IMG/VR virus record: IMGVR_UViG_3300044852_000033
Span: 1 to 43,850 of that record
Source of the DNA: a virus
Lineage: Duplodnaviria > Caudoviricetes
DNA: 43,850 nt
Direction: 5' to 3' (one strand)
Below, piece by piece: positions 42,138 through 43,850 of the stretch (the stretch's first letter is position 1; each line of letters starts with the position of its first letter). The translations under genes and the position numbers were made by a program. Under the pieces are notes generated by a model. It saw nothing but the letters and a program-made list of their open reading frames with translations, ran no database searches and had not been told where the DNA came from.

Positions 42138-43850
42138 ATGGGCTCGTCCATCATCCAGGCCAGCTTTACCGGCGGCGAACTGAGCCCAAGCCTGTACGGG
42201 CGCGTTGACCTGGCGCGCTACCAGACCAGTGCGCGCACCATGCGCAACTTTATCGCGCAGCTCTACGGTGGCGCCACGAACCGGCCCGGCTTCGCCTTCA
42301 TCGGCAAGGCGCCGGCGGGCAAGATCCGCCTGCTGCCGTTCCAGTTCTCGACCGTGCAAACCTATGTGATCGAGGCCAGCGCCAACGTGTTCCGATTCTA
42401 CAAGGATGGCGGGATCATCGAGTCGGCGCCCGGCGTGCCGGTCCAGATTGCCACGCCCTACAGCGAAGCGGACCTGTCCGACCTGAAATTCACGCAAAGC
42501 GCGGACGTGATGACGCTCACGCACCCGGCCTGCCGCCCGATGCAGCTGTCGCGCACCTCGCACACGGCATGGACCCTGACGCCGTACGTGAACCAGAACG
42601 GCCCCTTCCTCGATGTCAACGTCGACGCTGATAAAACCGTGCAGGCCGACGGCTTCGAGAACACGATCACGCTCACCGCCAGCGCCGACCTGTTCAGTGC
42701 CGGGCTGGTGGGCCTGATGCTCTATATCGAGGACGCGCACGCCGAGAACGTCAAGCCGTGGAGCGCCGGCCAGGCCAACATAAACACCGGCGAGCGGCGC
42801 CGGTCCGATGGCAAGGTCTACCAGGCCACCGACATTCCACCGCTGACGAGTACGATCGACCCGGAAAGCGGCGTCGAAACGGCGAGCGGGCACGGCACCA
42901 AGGGCTATCGCACCGGCGGCAACCGGCCCGTGCACGATGAAGGCAAATCCTGGGATGGCGACGGCTCGATCGAATCGACCGGCAGCTATGCCGAAGGCGT
43001 CGAATGGCAATACCTGCATTCTGGATTCGGGATTGTCCGCATCGATGCCGTCACCGACGCGCGCCACGCGAGCGCCACCGTCATCAAGCGATTGCCCGAT
43101 AGCGTCGAGTCGACCGGCAGCTGGAAGTTTGCCCTGCCGGCCTGGGGCGCGGACCAGGGTTATCCGTCCTGCGTCACCTATCACCAGGAACGGCAAGTGT
43201 TCGGCGCCACGCCCAGCCAGCCGCAGGCGTACTGGATGACCAGGACCGGCGCCTATAACGATTTTGGTACGTCGAGCCCAACGCAGGACGACGACGCGAT
43301 CAGCAAGTCGATCCCGGGCCGCCAGGTCAACAGCATCCGGCACTTCCTCCCCGTCGACGAACTGATGTTCATGACCTCGGGCGCCGAGTTCAAGATGCTC
43401 ACCGGCGACAATGGCGCGATCACGCCGGGCGCCTCGCAGGCGAAGCCGCAGAGCTATAACGGCTCGTCGCACCTGCCGCCGATCGTGGCCGGCTCGGTCG
43501 CGCTGTACCTGCAAGAGAAGGGGTCGATCGTCCGGGATATCGGCTACGACTACCAGAGCGACAAGTACATCGGCCAGGATCTGACCGTGCTGGCCTCGCA
43601 CCTGTTTAGCGGGCACCAGATCGTCGACTGGGCCTATGCGCAAGTGCCGTTCTCGTGCGTGTGGGCGGTGCGCGACGATGGCCTGCTGCTCGGCTTTACC
43701 TACATGAAGGAACAGCAGGTCATGGGCTGGCACCGCCACGACACCGACGGCTCCTTCGAGTCGGTCTGCACGATCTCGGAAGGATCCGAGGACGCGCTGT
43801 ATGCGGTCGTGCGGCGCGAAGTGGCCGGGCAGACTGTGCGCTATGTCGAG
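42138..43850 (+). CDS. Tail tubular protein B (nozzle), N-terminal part; runs through the junction
   Basis: MGSSIIQASFTGGELSPSLYGRVDLARY...GGATNRPG...RLLPFQFS; frame stays open to the window end. Confidence 0.92.
   Translation, partial: MGSSIIQASFTGGELSPSLYGRVDLARYQTSARTMRNFIAQLYGGATNRPGFAFIGKAPAGKIRLLPFQFSTVQTYVIEASANVFRFYKDGGIIESAPGVPVQIATPYSEADLSDLKFTQSADVMTLTHPACRPMQLSRTSHTAWTLTPYVNQNGPFLDVNVDADKTVQADGFENTITLTASADLFSAGLVGLMLYIEDAHAENVKPWSAGQANINTGERRRSDGKVYQATDIPPLTSTIDPESGVETASGHGTKGYRTGGNRPVHDEGKSWDGDGSIESTGSYAEGVEWQYLHSGFGIVRIDAVTDARHASATVIKRLPDSVESTGSWKFALPAWGADQGYPSCVTYHQERQVFGATPSQPQAYWMTRTGAYNDFGTSSPTQDDDAISKSIPGRQVNSIRHFLPVDELMFMTSGAEFKMLTGDNGAITPGASQAKPQSYNGSSHLPPIVAGSVALYLQEKGSIVRDIGYDYQSDKYIGQDLTVLASHLFSGHQIVDWAYAQVPFSCVWAVRDDGLLLGFTYMKEQQVMGWHRHDTDGSFESVCTISEGSEDALYAVVRREVAGQTVRYVE
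43724..43850. repeat. Terminal direct repeat, right copy
   Basis: Identical to bases 1-127. Confidence 0.97.

Noticed and set aside
43724-43850. 127-bp terminal repeat as a biological terminal repeat
   Set aside because: It falls mid-gene and its length equals a common assembler k-mer, so it indicates circularity only.

Overview
The window is an apparently complete circular genome (43,723 bp plus a 127-bp terminal overlap) of a GC-rich podovirus. Its virion module is of the BPP-1/epsilon15 type: terminase, portal, scaffold, capsid, cement, tail tubular A/B, three ejection proteins and a tail fibre. It also carries a lysis cassette, leftward recombination genes (Erf, exonuclease), and lambdoid replication genes (YdaU-like initiator with an internal iteron origin, DnaC-like loader). 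The host is probably a betaproteobacterium, possibly Oxalobacteraceae (inference). I found no integrase, ParA, reverse transcriptase, tRNA or CRISPR array. The most notable observations are: (1) a ~55-nt promoter-to-terminator unit whose 5' part is complementary to the translation starts of several phage genes, a candidate anti-RBS sRNA; (2) a minimal DpdA/TGT-like plus VUT/YhhQ transporter pair for 7-deazaguanine DNA modification; (3) a 2823-aa ejection protein with ADP-ribosyltransferase-like modules, one nested inside a zincin domain; (4) a C5 methyltransferase with a nested out-of-frame gene; (5) twin long inverted repeats filling a convergent intergenic region; (6) a five-gene head-fibre-like insert before the portal; (7) tandem small lipoproteins between terS and terL. 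All product calls come from motif recognition and gene order, not database searches.
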